Shown: in pieces, positions 23,860-32,300 of the stretch
Position numbering within the stretch: the stretch's first letter is position 1
Layout of the letters: each line of letters opens with the position of its first letter
Made by a program: the position numbers and the translations under genes
The notes under the pieces: generated by a model
Told to the model about the DNA's origin: nothing
Databases searched by the model: none
The model's input: the letters and a program-made list of their open reading frames with translations, nothing else
NCBI GenBank assembly: GCA_964579045.1
Contig: CAZOHR010000003.1
Coordinates: 1-36,137 of the forward strand
Reading direction: 5' to 3'
Source: an uncultured Bacteroidales bacterium
Lineage (GTDB): Bacteria > Bacteroidota > Bacteroidia > Bacteroidales > ML635J-15
Length of the DNA stretch: 36,137 bases

Positions 23860-24132
23860 ATGGAATTTGTGGCAAGAGGAAAATATTTAGGCGAAAAAGT
23901 AAAAGTGAGATTCAGAAATGGAACCTTTATATGTGATGATAAAGAACTTAAAGAAAATCTAATAAGCGACTATGAATTTCCTGTACCTAACCACATAGGC
24001 AACATCTACTTCAAAGGTGAAACTGATAAGTCGGCAGTAATGTCTTGCTATACCAATTTAATTGACTGTAAAATAGATGGAGCAGGAGAAATTTTAGGTT
24101 TAAGCGATTCGATTAGTGGAGAAATATATTGA
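23860..24132 (+). CDS. hypothetical protein
   Basis: RBS GGGGGTG lies upstream of the ATG, 3 nt after the MuF stop. Confidence 0.6.
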   Translation: MEFVARGKYLGEKVKVRFRNGTFICDDKELKENLISDYEFPVPNHIGNIYFKGETDKSAVMSCYTNLIDCKIDGAGEILGLSDSISGEIY

Positions 24133-24142
24133 CAAAAAAGAC

Positions 24143-24171
24143 TTGACAAGATATAATTATTGGTTTATACT
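24143..24171 (+). promoter_or_regulatory. sigma-A type promoter for scaffold/capsid genes
   Basis: TTGACA (24143-24148), 17 nt, then TATACT (24166-24171). A second TTGACA is at 24129-24134. Confidence 0.65.
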
Positions 24172-24182
24172 AATGTCAAATG

Positions 24183-24218
24183 AAGTCGGACAAGCATAAG
24201 TCGGACAAGCATAAGTCC
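24183..24218. repeat. tandem 15-bp repeat AAGTCGGACAAGCAT x2 plus partial third unit
   Basis: Units are at 24183-24197 and 24198-24212, with a partial AAGTCC at 24213-24218. The repeat is a GC-richer island in the predicted capsid-operon leader. Confidence 0.85.
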
Positions 24219-24283
24219 TTTAAAATAGTGTTACTCAAAATCGTGGAGAAAACCACATTTAAAATAACGGGGGGTATGGATAA

Positions 24284-24850
24284 ATGGAATTTTTAAAAGA
24301 AGCGTTTGGAGATGCAAAAATAGGTTACGATGATTTCGTAAAAGTTGCAACCGAAAAGGGATTCAATATAGCTGACCTAAGTAAAGGCGGTTATGTTGGA
24401 GTAGAAAAACATAACACGGAAGTAGGAAAATTCAAAACACAATTCGAAACTATCAAAAAGCAGTATGACGAGCAAGTGAAAGCACTTGATGGCGACGATG
24501 GTTTGAAAAAGCAGATTGAAAAACTGACGGGTGAGAAATCCGACTTCGAGGGTAAATTCAATCAAACTACAAGCGAGTTATCAAAGCTGAAAAACACGCA
24601 ATCAGTAATGAAAGCAGGAGTTGTGTCAGATATGGCTGACTTTGTCACTTACGAGGTTGGCAAAATGACAAATGATACTCTTGATTTCGACACAGCACTA
24701 AAAGGTTATCTGTCTAAAAATCCACAATTCAAATCCGAAAATAAGGTGAAAGTGAAAACTACTCCAAATTTAGAGGGCAAGAATGAAGATGAAAAAGGAC
24801 TAAACCAAAAAATGAATCAAGCCTTTTTAAAGGCCGCAGGACGGGAATAA
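24284..24850 (+). CDS. scaffolding protein (GP20-like)
   Basis: Its position is immediately before the capsid gene. It is alpha-helical and charged, with N-terminus YDDFVKVATEKGFNIADLSKGGYV. RBS is GGGGGG. Confidence 0.7.
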   Translation: MEFLKEAFGDAKIGYDDFVKVATEKGFNIADLSKGGYVGVEKHNTEVGKFKTQFETIKKQYDEQVKALDGDDGLKKQIEKLTGEKSDFEGKFNQTTSELSKLKNTQSVMKAGVVSDMADFVTYEVGKMTNDTLDFDTALKGYLSKNPQFKSENKVKVKTTPNLEGKNEDEKGLNQKMNQAFLKAAGRE

Positions 24851-24877
24851 AAAAATAATATTTAGGGGGAAAATCGA

Positions 24878-26092
24878 ATGTCAGTAAACATTATAAACAG
24901 AGCAGGAGCAGAGGCACTTATACCCGAGGAAGTGACAAATAACATTATTCAAGGAGTGGTAAAAGAATCGGCTACACTTAGCTTATTTAGAAAATTACCA
25001 AATATGGCATCAAATGTTCAGTCAATGCCAATCCTTGATATGTTACCAATGGCTTATTGGGTAAATGGAGATACAGGCAAAAAAGCTACAACAAAAATGG
25101 CGTGGGATAAAAAGAAAATCTATGCAGAAGAAATTGCTGTTATCGTTCCAATACCCGAATCAGTATTGAACGATGCAGGAGATAGCGGTTATGATATTTG
25201 GGGTGAAGTGCAACCAAGAATCATAGAGGCATTTGGTAGAGTAATTGATGATGCGGTTTTATTTGATGTTAACAAACCTGCAAGTTGGAGAGATGGTATT
25301 GTAACTACTGCTATGAAAGCTGATAGCTATGTAGATGCTACCGCTGACTTCTATCAAGATGTTTTTGATGAACACGGGGTAATCGGCAAGGTTGAGGAAA
25401 GCGGATTTTTACCAAATGGTGTAATTTCTGCGGTTACTATGCGTGGCAAAATCCGTGGTATGGTTGATGGAAACAAAAGACCATTGTTCACAGATAATAA
25501 ATCACTTGATGGTATGCCAATATTTTTCCTTGAAAATGGTTCGTGGGTTGATTCACAAGCAAGCCTTATCGTTGGCGATATGGCACAAGCAGTTTACTCA
25601 ATCCGTCAAGACATCACTTATAAATTGCTAACAGAGGGTGTTATTCAAGATGCAGATGGCACAATTATCTACAATCTTGCACAACAGGATATGGTAGCGT
25701 TGAGAGTGGTAATGCGTTTAGGTTGGGAAATTCCAAATCCTATAAATGCGTTAAAACCAAATCACGGAGAAAGATGCCCATTTGCAGTTTATGTTCCATC
25801 GACAGGCGAACAACCTCTTGCAAATGAAATCACAATTACATCAGTAGCAGGAGCTACAAGTGGTAAGACAAAAATTACTGTTGTTGGTGCAACAGAGGGA
25901 TTGACATATAAATATAAGACTGACACCACAGTTGCACTTCCACTTCTTAATGCTCCAACAGATACTTATACTGCTTGGAATGGTATAGCGGATATTACTG
26001 CAACAACAGGTAACGAAATCGTTATTATTCAAATTGATGCTTATGGCAAGGTTGAAAATGCAGGTAAAACAACTGTAACTTCAAAAGCTTAG
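24878..26092 (+). CDS. major capsid protein (HK97-fold) with C-terminal Ig-like decoration domain
   Basis: EALIPEEVTNNIIQGV...LPMAYWVNGDTG is typical of Phage_capsid family proteins. The C-terminal ITITSVAGATSGKTKITVVGA...YKYKT looks like a Big_2-type Ig domain. Confidence 0.85.
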   Translation: MSVNIINRAGAEALIPEEVTNNIIQGVVKESATLSLFRKLPNMASNVQSMPILDMLPMAYWVNGDTGKKATTKMAWDKKKIYAEEIAVIVPIPESVLNDAGDSGYDIWGEVQPRIIEAFGRVIDDAVLFDVNKPASWRDGIVTTAMKADSYVDATADFYQDVFDEHGVIGKVEESGFLPNGVISAVTMRGKIRGMVDGNKRPLFTDNKSLDGMPIFFLENGSWVDSQASLIVGDMAQAVYSIRQDITYKLLTEGVIQDADGTIIYNLAQQDMVALRVVMRLGWEIPNPINALKPNHGERCPFAVYVPSTGEQPLANEITITSVAGATSGKTKITVVGATEGLTYKYKTDTTVALPLLNAPTDTYTAWNGIADITATTGNEIVIIQIDAYGKVENAGKTTVTSKA

Positions 26093-26122
26093 TTGATTGA
26101 TGAATAAAAGGGGGTAAGACAA

Positions 26123-26473
26123 ATGTTTGTAGATTCAATTTATTATAAAACGAATTACAAAGGTACGCTTATCCCCGATGATTCGTTTGCAGAATTCGAA
26201 GAACGAGCAAGCGAATTCATTGTGGGATATGTAATGCAACAGATTGATGTTGACAATCCACACGAAGAAGTTAAAAAATGCACTTGCAGGTTGGCTGAAA
26301 TTCTTTATAATGACGTTAACCCAAAAATTGCATCAGAAACAGTAGGACCACACTCAACACAATATGCACAAAATATGCAAAATGAAAAACTAAAATCGCT
26401 CGAATCTCGAATGGTTTTTCAAATTAGATTGTATTTAGGAAAAACGGGATTGTTGAGCTTGGTAGTAAATTGA
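26123..26473 (+). CDS. head-tail connector/adaptor (gp6/gp15-like)
   Basis: Position and size fit. The N-terminus YKGTLIPDDSFAEFEERASEFI is typical of Phage_connect_1-type proteins. Confidence 0.65.
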   Translation: MFVDSIYYKTNYKGTLIPDDSFAEFEERASEFIVGYVMQQIDVDNPHEEVKKCTCRLAEILYNDVNPKIASETVGPHSTQYAQNMQNEKLKSLESRMVFQIRLYLGKTGLLSLVVN

Positions 26474-26476
26474 GAA

Positions 26477-26527
26477 GATTATGGTAAACCAATTTTAAAA
26501 ATAAGGCGATTATGGTAAACCAATTTT
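26477..26527. repeat. 20-bp direct repeat GATTATGGTAAACCAATTTT x2, 31-bp phase
   Basis: Exact copies are at 26477-26496 and 26508-26527. Each contains a TGGT-AA-ACCA dyad. Confidence 0.85.
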
Positions 26528-26600
26528 TCTGAAACGGAGTAAAAAACAGTTTTTCGATTTTCAAAATTCCTTTACTTTTTTTTACTCTATTATATATTTA

Positions 26601-26740
26601 TTTATATTTAGTGTAATAGTGTATAGTTAGTGTATATAATATAGTAAAGTCCCTATAAGAAAAAAAATAATTTTATAGAGAAAGTTATGGAAATCGCTAC
26701 ACTAACTATACACTCCTACACTACTCTTTATTTTTCTTTA
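26601..26740. repeat. TACAC/GTGTA iteron-bearing AT-rich element, copy C (inverted relative to 9208-9358)
   Basis: See copy B. The match is 34 nt and 14 nt perfect at the two ends. The interior is roughly three-quarters identical by hand alignment, with one ~10-nt indel. Confidence 0.85.
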
Positions 26741-26753
26741 TATTTTTTAATAT

Positions 26754-26798
26754 TGCATAAATATACAGAAAATAGGTCAATTTGTGCATAAATATACA
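26754..26798 (+). promoter_or_regulatory. TGCATAAATATACA x2 (31-bp phase), candidate late promoter/operator for tail genes
   Basis: Exact 14-mers are at 26754-26767 and 26785-26798. The second reads as an extended -10-like TGcATAAAT about 25 nt before the GTG 26821 start. An AAATAGG box is at 26770-26776, as at 1264-1270. Confidence 0.5.
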
Positions 26799-26820
26799 TA
26801 ATGGTAAAGGGGTGGCGAAT

Positions 26821-27162
26821 GTGGTAACGATTTATAATGGATATAAAGATTCAGAAACAGGAGAGTTGAAATTTAGAAGAATTGTTCTCGACGAAATGCT
26901 GTTCACGAAAAGCAAAGAATATATTACTAAAAAATTTGGTAATAACGCAATTGAAAAAGCGTTGTTATATATCAAGTATTCAGAGGACCTCGAAATAAAG
27001 GTTGATGTGGACAGGTTCGTGTATGGAGAATGTAGTTTTGAATTGACTGCTGAAAACATAAATGAGTTTATTGCTAATTACGAGCAGTTCAAAGTTTCTA
27101 TGGTTGATGAACATTGTTATGGGAGCAAGAAGTTGTGGAATGTAACCATTGGTGGGAAGTGA
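26821..27162 (+). CDS. head-tail joining protein candidate (hypothetical)
   Basis: GTG 26821 has AAAGGGGTGG 6-8 nt upstream. The call is based on position only. Confidence 0.55.
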   Translation: MVTIYNGYKDSETGELKFRRIVLDEMLFTKSKEYITKKFGNNAIEKALLYIKYSEDLEIKVDVDRFVYGECSFELTAENINEFIANYEQFKVSMVDEHCYGSKKLWNVTIGGK

Positions 27163-27166
27163 TAAA

Positions 27167-27490
27167 ATGGATACGAAAGTAGAAGTTAAAATTTTTCCGC
27201 AAACTTATGAAATTGTGGCTATGGCACAAAAACAATGGGATATGGAATGTATGAAACAACTTGAACCATATATGCAGTTAGACACACACACTATGATTGG
27301 TTCAATGATACTGCATAGTAAAATGGGAAGTGGCGAAATCAAAGTGGTTACACCTTATGCTAAAAGAAGATTGTTAGAGCCATCAAAAATTGGTAGCAGG
27401 ACTGGAACTAAGCGGGGTTATAATTATATCAATCGAATGAAAGCTGATAAAATTGAATACCTAAAATCTTTTTTGAAAGGAATTTTGTGA
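27167..27490 (+). CDS. minor capsid / head-tail joining protein candidate
   Basis: ATG 27167 has GGTGGGAAG upstream. The position is that of the 'minor capsid protein' families in Firmicute siphoviruses. Confidence 0.6.
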   Translation: MDTKVEVKIFPQTYEIVAMAQKQWDMECMKQLEPYMQLDTHTMIGSMILHSKMGSGEIKVVTPYAKRRLLEPSKIGSRTGTKRGYNYINRMKADKIEYLKSFLKGIL

Positions 27491-27930
27491 TGTCAATAGT
27501 AGATGCAATTAAAAACATATTAGCGAATTGTCCGTATGACTTTGAGTTGGCTACATTTGATGATATTCATATAGACATCACTTCTGACGAGCAGAAAGAT
27601 ATTACAAGTTGTGCTATTAGCAAAGTGGCTACGCAAGTAACCAAAAAATATATTGATGGCTCGAAAATCACACAATTTAGTTACAATATGTTACTAAAAG
27701 CTCCATACTCACAAGATACAGATAGAGCGAAAGCGATTGAAGAACTTGATAGTATGGAAAACTGGATAACAGATTATTCTATGATTGGGAGTTTCCCAAA
27801 GTTAGATGATTCGCAAAACATCGAAAGTATATCCTCGTCAAATGGAACTCTATATGAAATTTCAGATGATGGCGACAAAGCAATATATCAATTACAAATA
27901 CAGTTAAAAATATTTAGGGGGGTTAGTTAA
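27490..27930 (+). CDS. minor capsid / tail-completion protein candidate
   Basis: GTGATG is at 27487-27492, overlapping the upstream stop. The call is based on position. Confidence 0.6.
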   Translation: MSIVDAIKNILANCPYDFELATFDDIHIDITSDEQKDITSCAISKVATQVTKKYIDGSKITQFSYNMLLKAPYSQDTDRAKAIEELDSMENWITDYSMIGSFPKLDDSQNIESISSSNGTLYEISDDGDKAIYQLQIQLKIFRGVS

Positions 27931-27931
27931 A

Positions 27932-28435
27932 ATGAAAGTTATTAGAAATCTTATTGCAGATTATTTAGACACAGGCACAGAGGCAGTTCCTGTTTTCAGT
28001 TTAATGGGGGCAGGGTTTAATTCACTTGATGAAAGTCCATCTCCAAAAGTGGAGAAAAAGGCATACATCAATGACAAGTCAACAAGCGGAAATGTTGTTG
28101 GCTACGAGAATAGCTTTGCGTATGATACGGATTTTATATCCGATGATGCGGTTGTTCAAAAGCTATATGGAACTGCAAGGAATCAAGAGGTAGGCACAGA
28201 TGCAGAAATGAGTTATGTGCGTGTTGACCTTTATGACCCTGTGATGGTTGGAGAGGTTGTTACTGCAAACACATTCCACGCTCGTAAGTTCAAAGTTGCG
28301 AATGAAGTAAGCGGAATCACAGGAGCAGGAACGGAAACAATCCAAATTAAAGGAACTCTACATCAAGTTGGAGATTTCGTAGAGGGAACTTTCAACACTT
28401 CTACAAAAGCGTTCGCAGTTGCAGTTGAGGTGTAA
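27932..28435 (+). CDS. major tail (tube) protein
   Basis: Size is 167 aa. It lies upstream of the chaperone/tape-measure genes and has beta-rich composition. RBS is AGGGGGG. Confidence 0.7.
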   Translation: MKVIRNLIADYLDTGTEAVPVFSLMGAGFNSLDESPSPKVEKKAYINDKSTSGNVVGYENSFAYDTDFISDDAVVQKLYGTARNQEVGTDAEMSYVRVDLYDPVMVGEVVTANTFHARKFKVANEVSGITGAGTETIQIKGTLHQVGDFVEGTFNTSTKAFAVAVEV

Positions 28436-28438
28436 TTT

Positions 28439-28768
28439 ATGAAAAAGTTAACGATTGAAGTGGAGCAAAAACAGATTGAAATTAACGGAATTGTTTTCGA
28501 TATTCTAAAATCAGACATTGACATCTTGAACGATGCACTTGGTATGGAAAAAGCATATAAAGACTTGAATCCTGCTGATATTGGAGAAATCACAAAAGCG
28601 GTTCTTGAAATCAAGGACTACATTGATACGATTTTAGGTGTTGGTGCATTGAAGAATATCGTTAACAATAAGCCAGTTTCTCTCCATAAAGCTATTGAGA
28701 TAATGCAGATTATAACAAAAGCAGTTGCAGAGGAATACAAAGAAAAAGTTGCGGAGAATTATGAGTAA
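28439..28768 (+). CDS. tail assembly chaperone candidate
   Basis: It lies between the tube protein and the Gp15-like/TMP genes. It is acidic and helical. Confidence 0.55.
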   Translation: MKKLTIEVEQKQIEINGIVFDILKSDIDILNDALGMEKAYKDLNPADIGEITKAVLEIKDYIDTILGVGALKNIVNNKPVSLHKAIEIMQIITKAVAEEYKEKVAENYE

Positions 28769-29366
28769 CTTCTCACTTTCAAAAAACATATTAAAAGTGC
28801 TACCAAATGCCATTACGGTTGATGGTAGCACTTTTTCCGTTAACACAGATTTTAGAATTATCTTGAAAGTCCTACGAATGTTAGACGATAATGAGATTCT
28901 GCAAACTCACAAGATAAATCTATTAAGCAAATGGTTTTATGTAGACGAATTGCCTGTCAATCCATTTATGGGATTTGTAGACTTCGTTAACCCGAAAGCT
29001 GAATGTGGAAATGGAGCAACGAGAAGTAAGCGAGAGGCACAAAGATTCTGTTTTGAGTTCGATGCAGGAGAAATCTATTCAAGTTTTATGTCAGAATATG
29101 GAATTGATTTGTTAGAAATTCCCTTTTTGCATTGGGAGAAATTTTTAATATTATTCAAAAATCTTCCAAGTGATTCTGTATTAAACAAAAAGGTTGAGTT
29201 GAGATTTTTGGACACTTCTGATTTTAAAGGAGAAACAAGAATTAAAGCGGAAGAACAAAAGCAATTGGTACAGATTCCAATAAAAGGGAATCGTGATGAA
29301 ATCGAGTTTACTAAAAATTTAGAACAGATATTAGCAAATGGTGGAGATTTGACAGGTTTAATATAA
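28761..29366 (+). CDS. Gp15-like tail assembly protein
   Basis: ATG 28761 overlaps the upstream stop. ITVDGSTFSVNTDFRIILKVLRMLDD...KINLLSKWFY resembles the Phage_Gp15 family. Confidence 0.65.
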   Translation: MSNFSLSKNILKVLPNAITVDGSTFSVNTDFRIILKVLRMLDDNEILQTHKINLLSKWFYVDELPVNPFMGFVDFVNPKAECGNGATRSKREAQRFCFEFDAGEIYSSFMSEYGIDLLEIPFLHWEKFLILFKNLPSDSVLNKKVELRFLDTSDFKGETRIKAEEQKQLVQIPIKGNRDEIEFTKNLEQILANGGDLTGLI

Positions 29367-29382
29367 AGGTGGTGAAAGACAA

Positions 29383-32300
29383 ATGGCAGATGGTGAAATC
29401 AAAATAGATACAAAGCTCGACGATACCAAATTTAAAAAAGGCCTTAGCGATATGGGAGAATTTGCAAAGACTGCATTTTTAGGAATTACCGCTACGATAG
29501 GAATTGCGACGGGTATGGCGGCGAAATTTGGTATGGAGTTCGAAAGTAGTTTAGCAAAAACCAAAACAATGTTCGGTAGTGTGGCAGTAGATATGAAAAA
29601 TTTAGAAAAGAAAACACTTGAATTATCTACTGCAACAGGAGTGGCGGCGAGCGAAATCGCAGAATCAATGTATGATGCACTTTCGTCGGGTATTCCAGTA
29701 ACAGAGGATATGGGAGATGCAATTTCATATATGGACAAATCGGCAAGACTTGCGAAAGCAGGATTTACTGATATAAATACTGCGGTTATGTCTACTGCAA
29801 AAGTGCTTAATGCTTATAAAATGGACGTATCAGAAACAGATAGAGTTCATCGAATAATGATGGCAACTCAAAATAAAGGTATTACCACAGTTGATGAATT
29901 AGGAAAAACGCTTGCAGGAGTAACTCCAACTGCGTCGGCTATGAATGTATCGTTCGAGCAAGTAGGTGCGAGTTTAGCAACTATGACATCGCAAGGTACC
30001 CCTACATCGCAAGCGATAACTCAACTTAATGGTTTATTCGCTGATTTAGGTAAAAAAGGCACTATATCACAGAAAGCTCTTGCAGAAGCAGTAAAAGGAA
30101 CTAAATACGCAGGGAAATCATTTCAAGATATGGCAAAAGACGGAGTTCCACTTAACACTATGCTTGATTTATTAAATACTTATGCGAAGAAAAACAAATT
30201 ATCTTTAATTGATATGTTTGGAAGTATTGAATCGGGTAAGGCGGCACTTGCATTGAGTGGACAAAACTCCGCCTCATTTACTGCAAACTTAAAGGAAATG
30301 TCCACACAAGCGGATTTGGTAGGAGATGCAGTTAAAATAATCGACGATACTGTTGGAGAAAAATTCAAAAAAGCTATGAATGAGGGTAAAAACGAGATGA
30401 TAAAGCTCTACAATGATGGGTTCAAGCCTATTCTTGCAGAGGCGATTCCTTTATTGGTAACAGGAATCAAGTTTTTATTCAATAATTTTCAGATGATTGT
30501 TGCAATAACCGCAGGGTTCGGAATAGTTTTAGGTGGTTTATGGTTAGTAATGGAGGGTGGAGCAATAATCACAATGGTAACAGAGGCTATGGTTGCCCTT
30601 AATATTGCGATGGCCGCCAATCCCGTAGGAATAATAATAATTGGAATTACCGCCTTAATTGCAGTTATGGCAATTTTATCAATAGGGAAAAACAAAGAGG
30701 CAGAAGAATCAGCAAAATTAGTAAAGCAGGTAGATGCCGAAAATAAAGCTTGGAATGATTTGAAAGCAACAAAAGAACAGCAGATGGGCGCTGCTTTGGC
30801 AGAGCTTAATTATAGTGAAAAATTGTGGGCAGAGTTACAACGTTTGACAGATGCAAAAGGTATGATAAATGATAGCGATAAAGCGAGAGTTCAATTCATT
30901 TTGAATGAACTCAACTCCGCTATGGGTACACAAATGCAACTCGTGGACAACGAGGTAAAAGGGTACGAAAAAGTAGGGAAATCCATAGACGCCTTAATCG
31001 AGCAAAAAAGAGCAAAAATCATAATGGATAGCCAAGAGGTATTATACAAAGAGGCACTTATAAAGTATGAGGAGAAACAAATAGAGCAGGCCAAACTTAA
31101 AATTGCCCTTGCACAAAAAGAGAAAGAGTATAACGAAGTGGCAAAATGGGATATTGTTGGTGCAAATAGAATAGCCAAAGAATTCGACGACCTTGCGAAA
31201 AAGTATTCTGAAAACGAGGTAGTGTTAAAACAATATTACAAGCATATAGGCACATACGAGGAAAATTCAAAAGCAATGACCGAAAAGCGGTATGGTGACA
31301 TAAAGAAAATTATCGACAATAACGCAAACGCATTTATTACCGCAGAAGATGTAAGGAAACAAGCGTTAGGTAAACAAAAAGAAACTCTGCTGGAACAAGT
31401 TGTGGTTATGAAAACTACGGCTGAATTAGTAAAAAAGGCTTGGACTGATGGAACCGCTGGTGTAACAGAGCAGATGGTAAAAGACGCAGAGGCAAAAGCA
31501 AAAGAAGCTGAGGCGGAATATGCAAAAGTAGGGGCTCACATAATTAGTGGTATGGTTATGGGTATCGAAAACGGAAAAGGTAAAGTAACAGGGGCGACTG
31601 GAAATGTTGTGTACGATGCACTTATTGCGGCGAAAAATGCGGGTGTAATAAAATCACCATCACGAAAAATGCGTGACGAGGTTGGTTTGATGCTATCGAG
31701 AGGTATTGCGGTAGGTGTTACGCAAGGAAGTGGAGAAGTATCAAAAGCATTTACTAAAATGCTCACAGATTTGGACTTGCAGAGAGATACGGGGGTTATA
31801 AATGAGCAGGAATATTATGATAAACTAACTGTGCTTAGAAACAAATATTTAAAGCAAGGAACATCGGAGTGGTGGGAATATACAAAACAAGTTTTAAACT
31901 ACGAGGATAAATTGGCGGAAGATGAAACGAAACTTTTAAAAGAAAAATTGGATAAACAAAAAGAAACTATCACTTCGAGTTTTAGGGAAATCATAAGTGA
32001 AATTGATACTATGATGAACGATGTGGAACAAAAGCAAAATGAATTCGCTGATAAACTTAAAAATTTCGTAGAACCATTTTCCGAAAAGACTATCACACTA
32101 AAAAATGTAGGAAAGAATTTCAATCTTGATAGAGGTTCTAAACAGGGCGAAGATTGGGTAATAAATGAAATCGACTTAACCGATTTGAAAAGGAAAAATA
32201 AAGAGTTGGAAAGTTATTCCAATTTACTCGACAAAGTAAAAGCAAGAGGAAATGTTCCACAAAAATTCTTGAATGATTTGCAACAAATGTCGATTGTTGA

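Noticed and set aside
26477-26527. Possible CRISPR array, given exact 20-bp repeats with regular spacing.
   Set aside because: There are only two copies, the repeats are short and the 'spacer' is 11 nt. No cas genes are present. The repeats are better explained as phased protein-binding sites.
9208-26740. Invertible 17-kb segment (site-specific DNA inversion switch) flanked by the inverted repeats.
   Set aside because: No invertase or recombinase gene is in the window. Inversion would place the packaging and head genes on the opposite strand, away from their promoters. Homologous recombination between the copies remains formally possible and could be checked with long reads, but I do not favour it.
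26687-26791. 34-aa ORF (MEIATLTIHSYTTLYFSLYFLILHKYTENRSICA) inside the non-coding island.
   Set aside because: The RBS is weak. The ORF is read straight through the TACAC iterons and the TGCATAAATAT motifs, so its sequence is dictated by the repeats. It is probably not coding.
28439-29366. Programmed -1 frameshift joining the two tail-chaperone ORFs (gpG/gpGT paradigm).
   Set aside because: The downstream ORF has its own ATG (28761) and a GCGGAG RBS. It overlaps the upstream stop by only 8 nt. I see no slippery heptamer in the overlap. The Gp15-type arrangement is usually two separate proteins.
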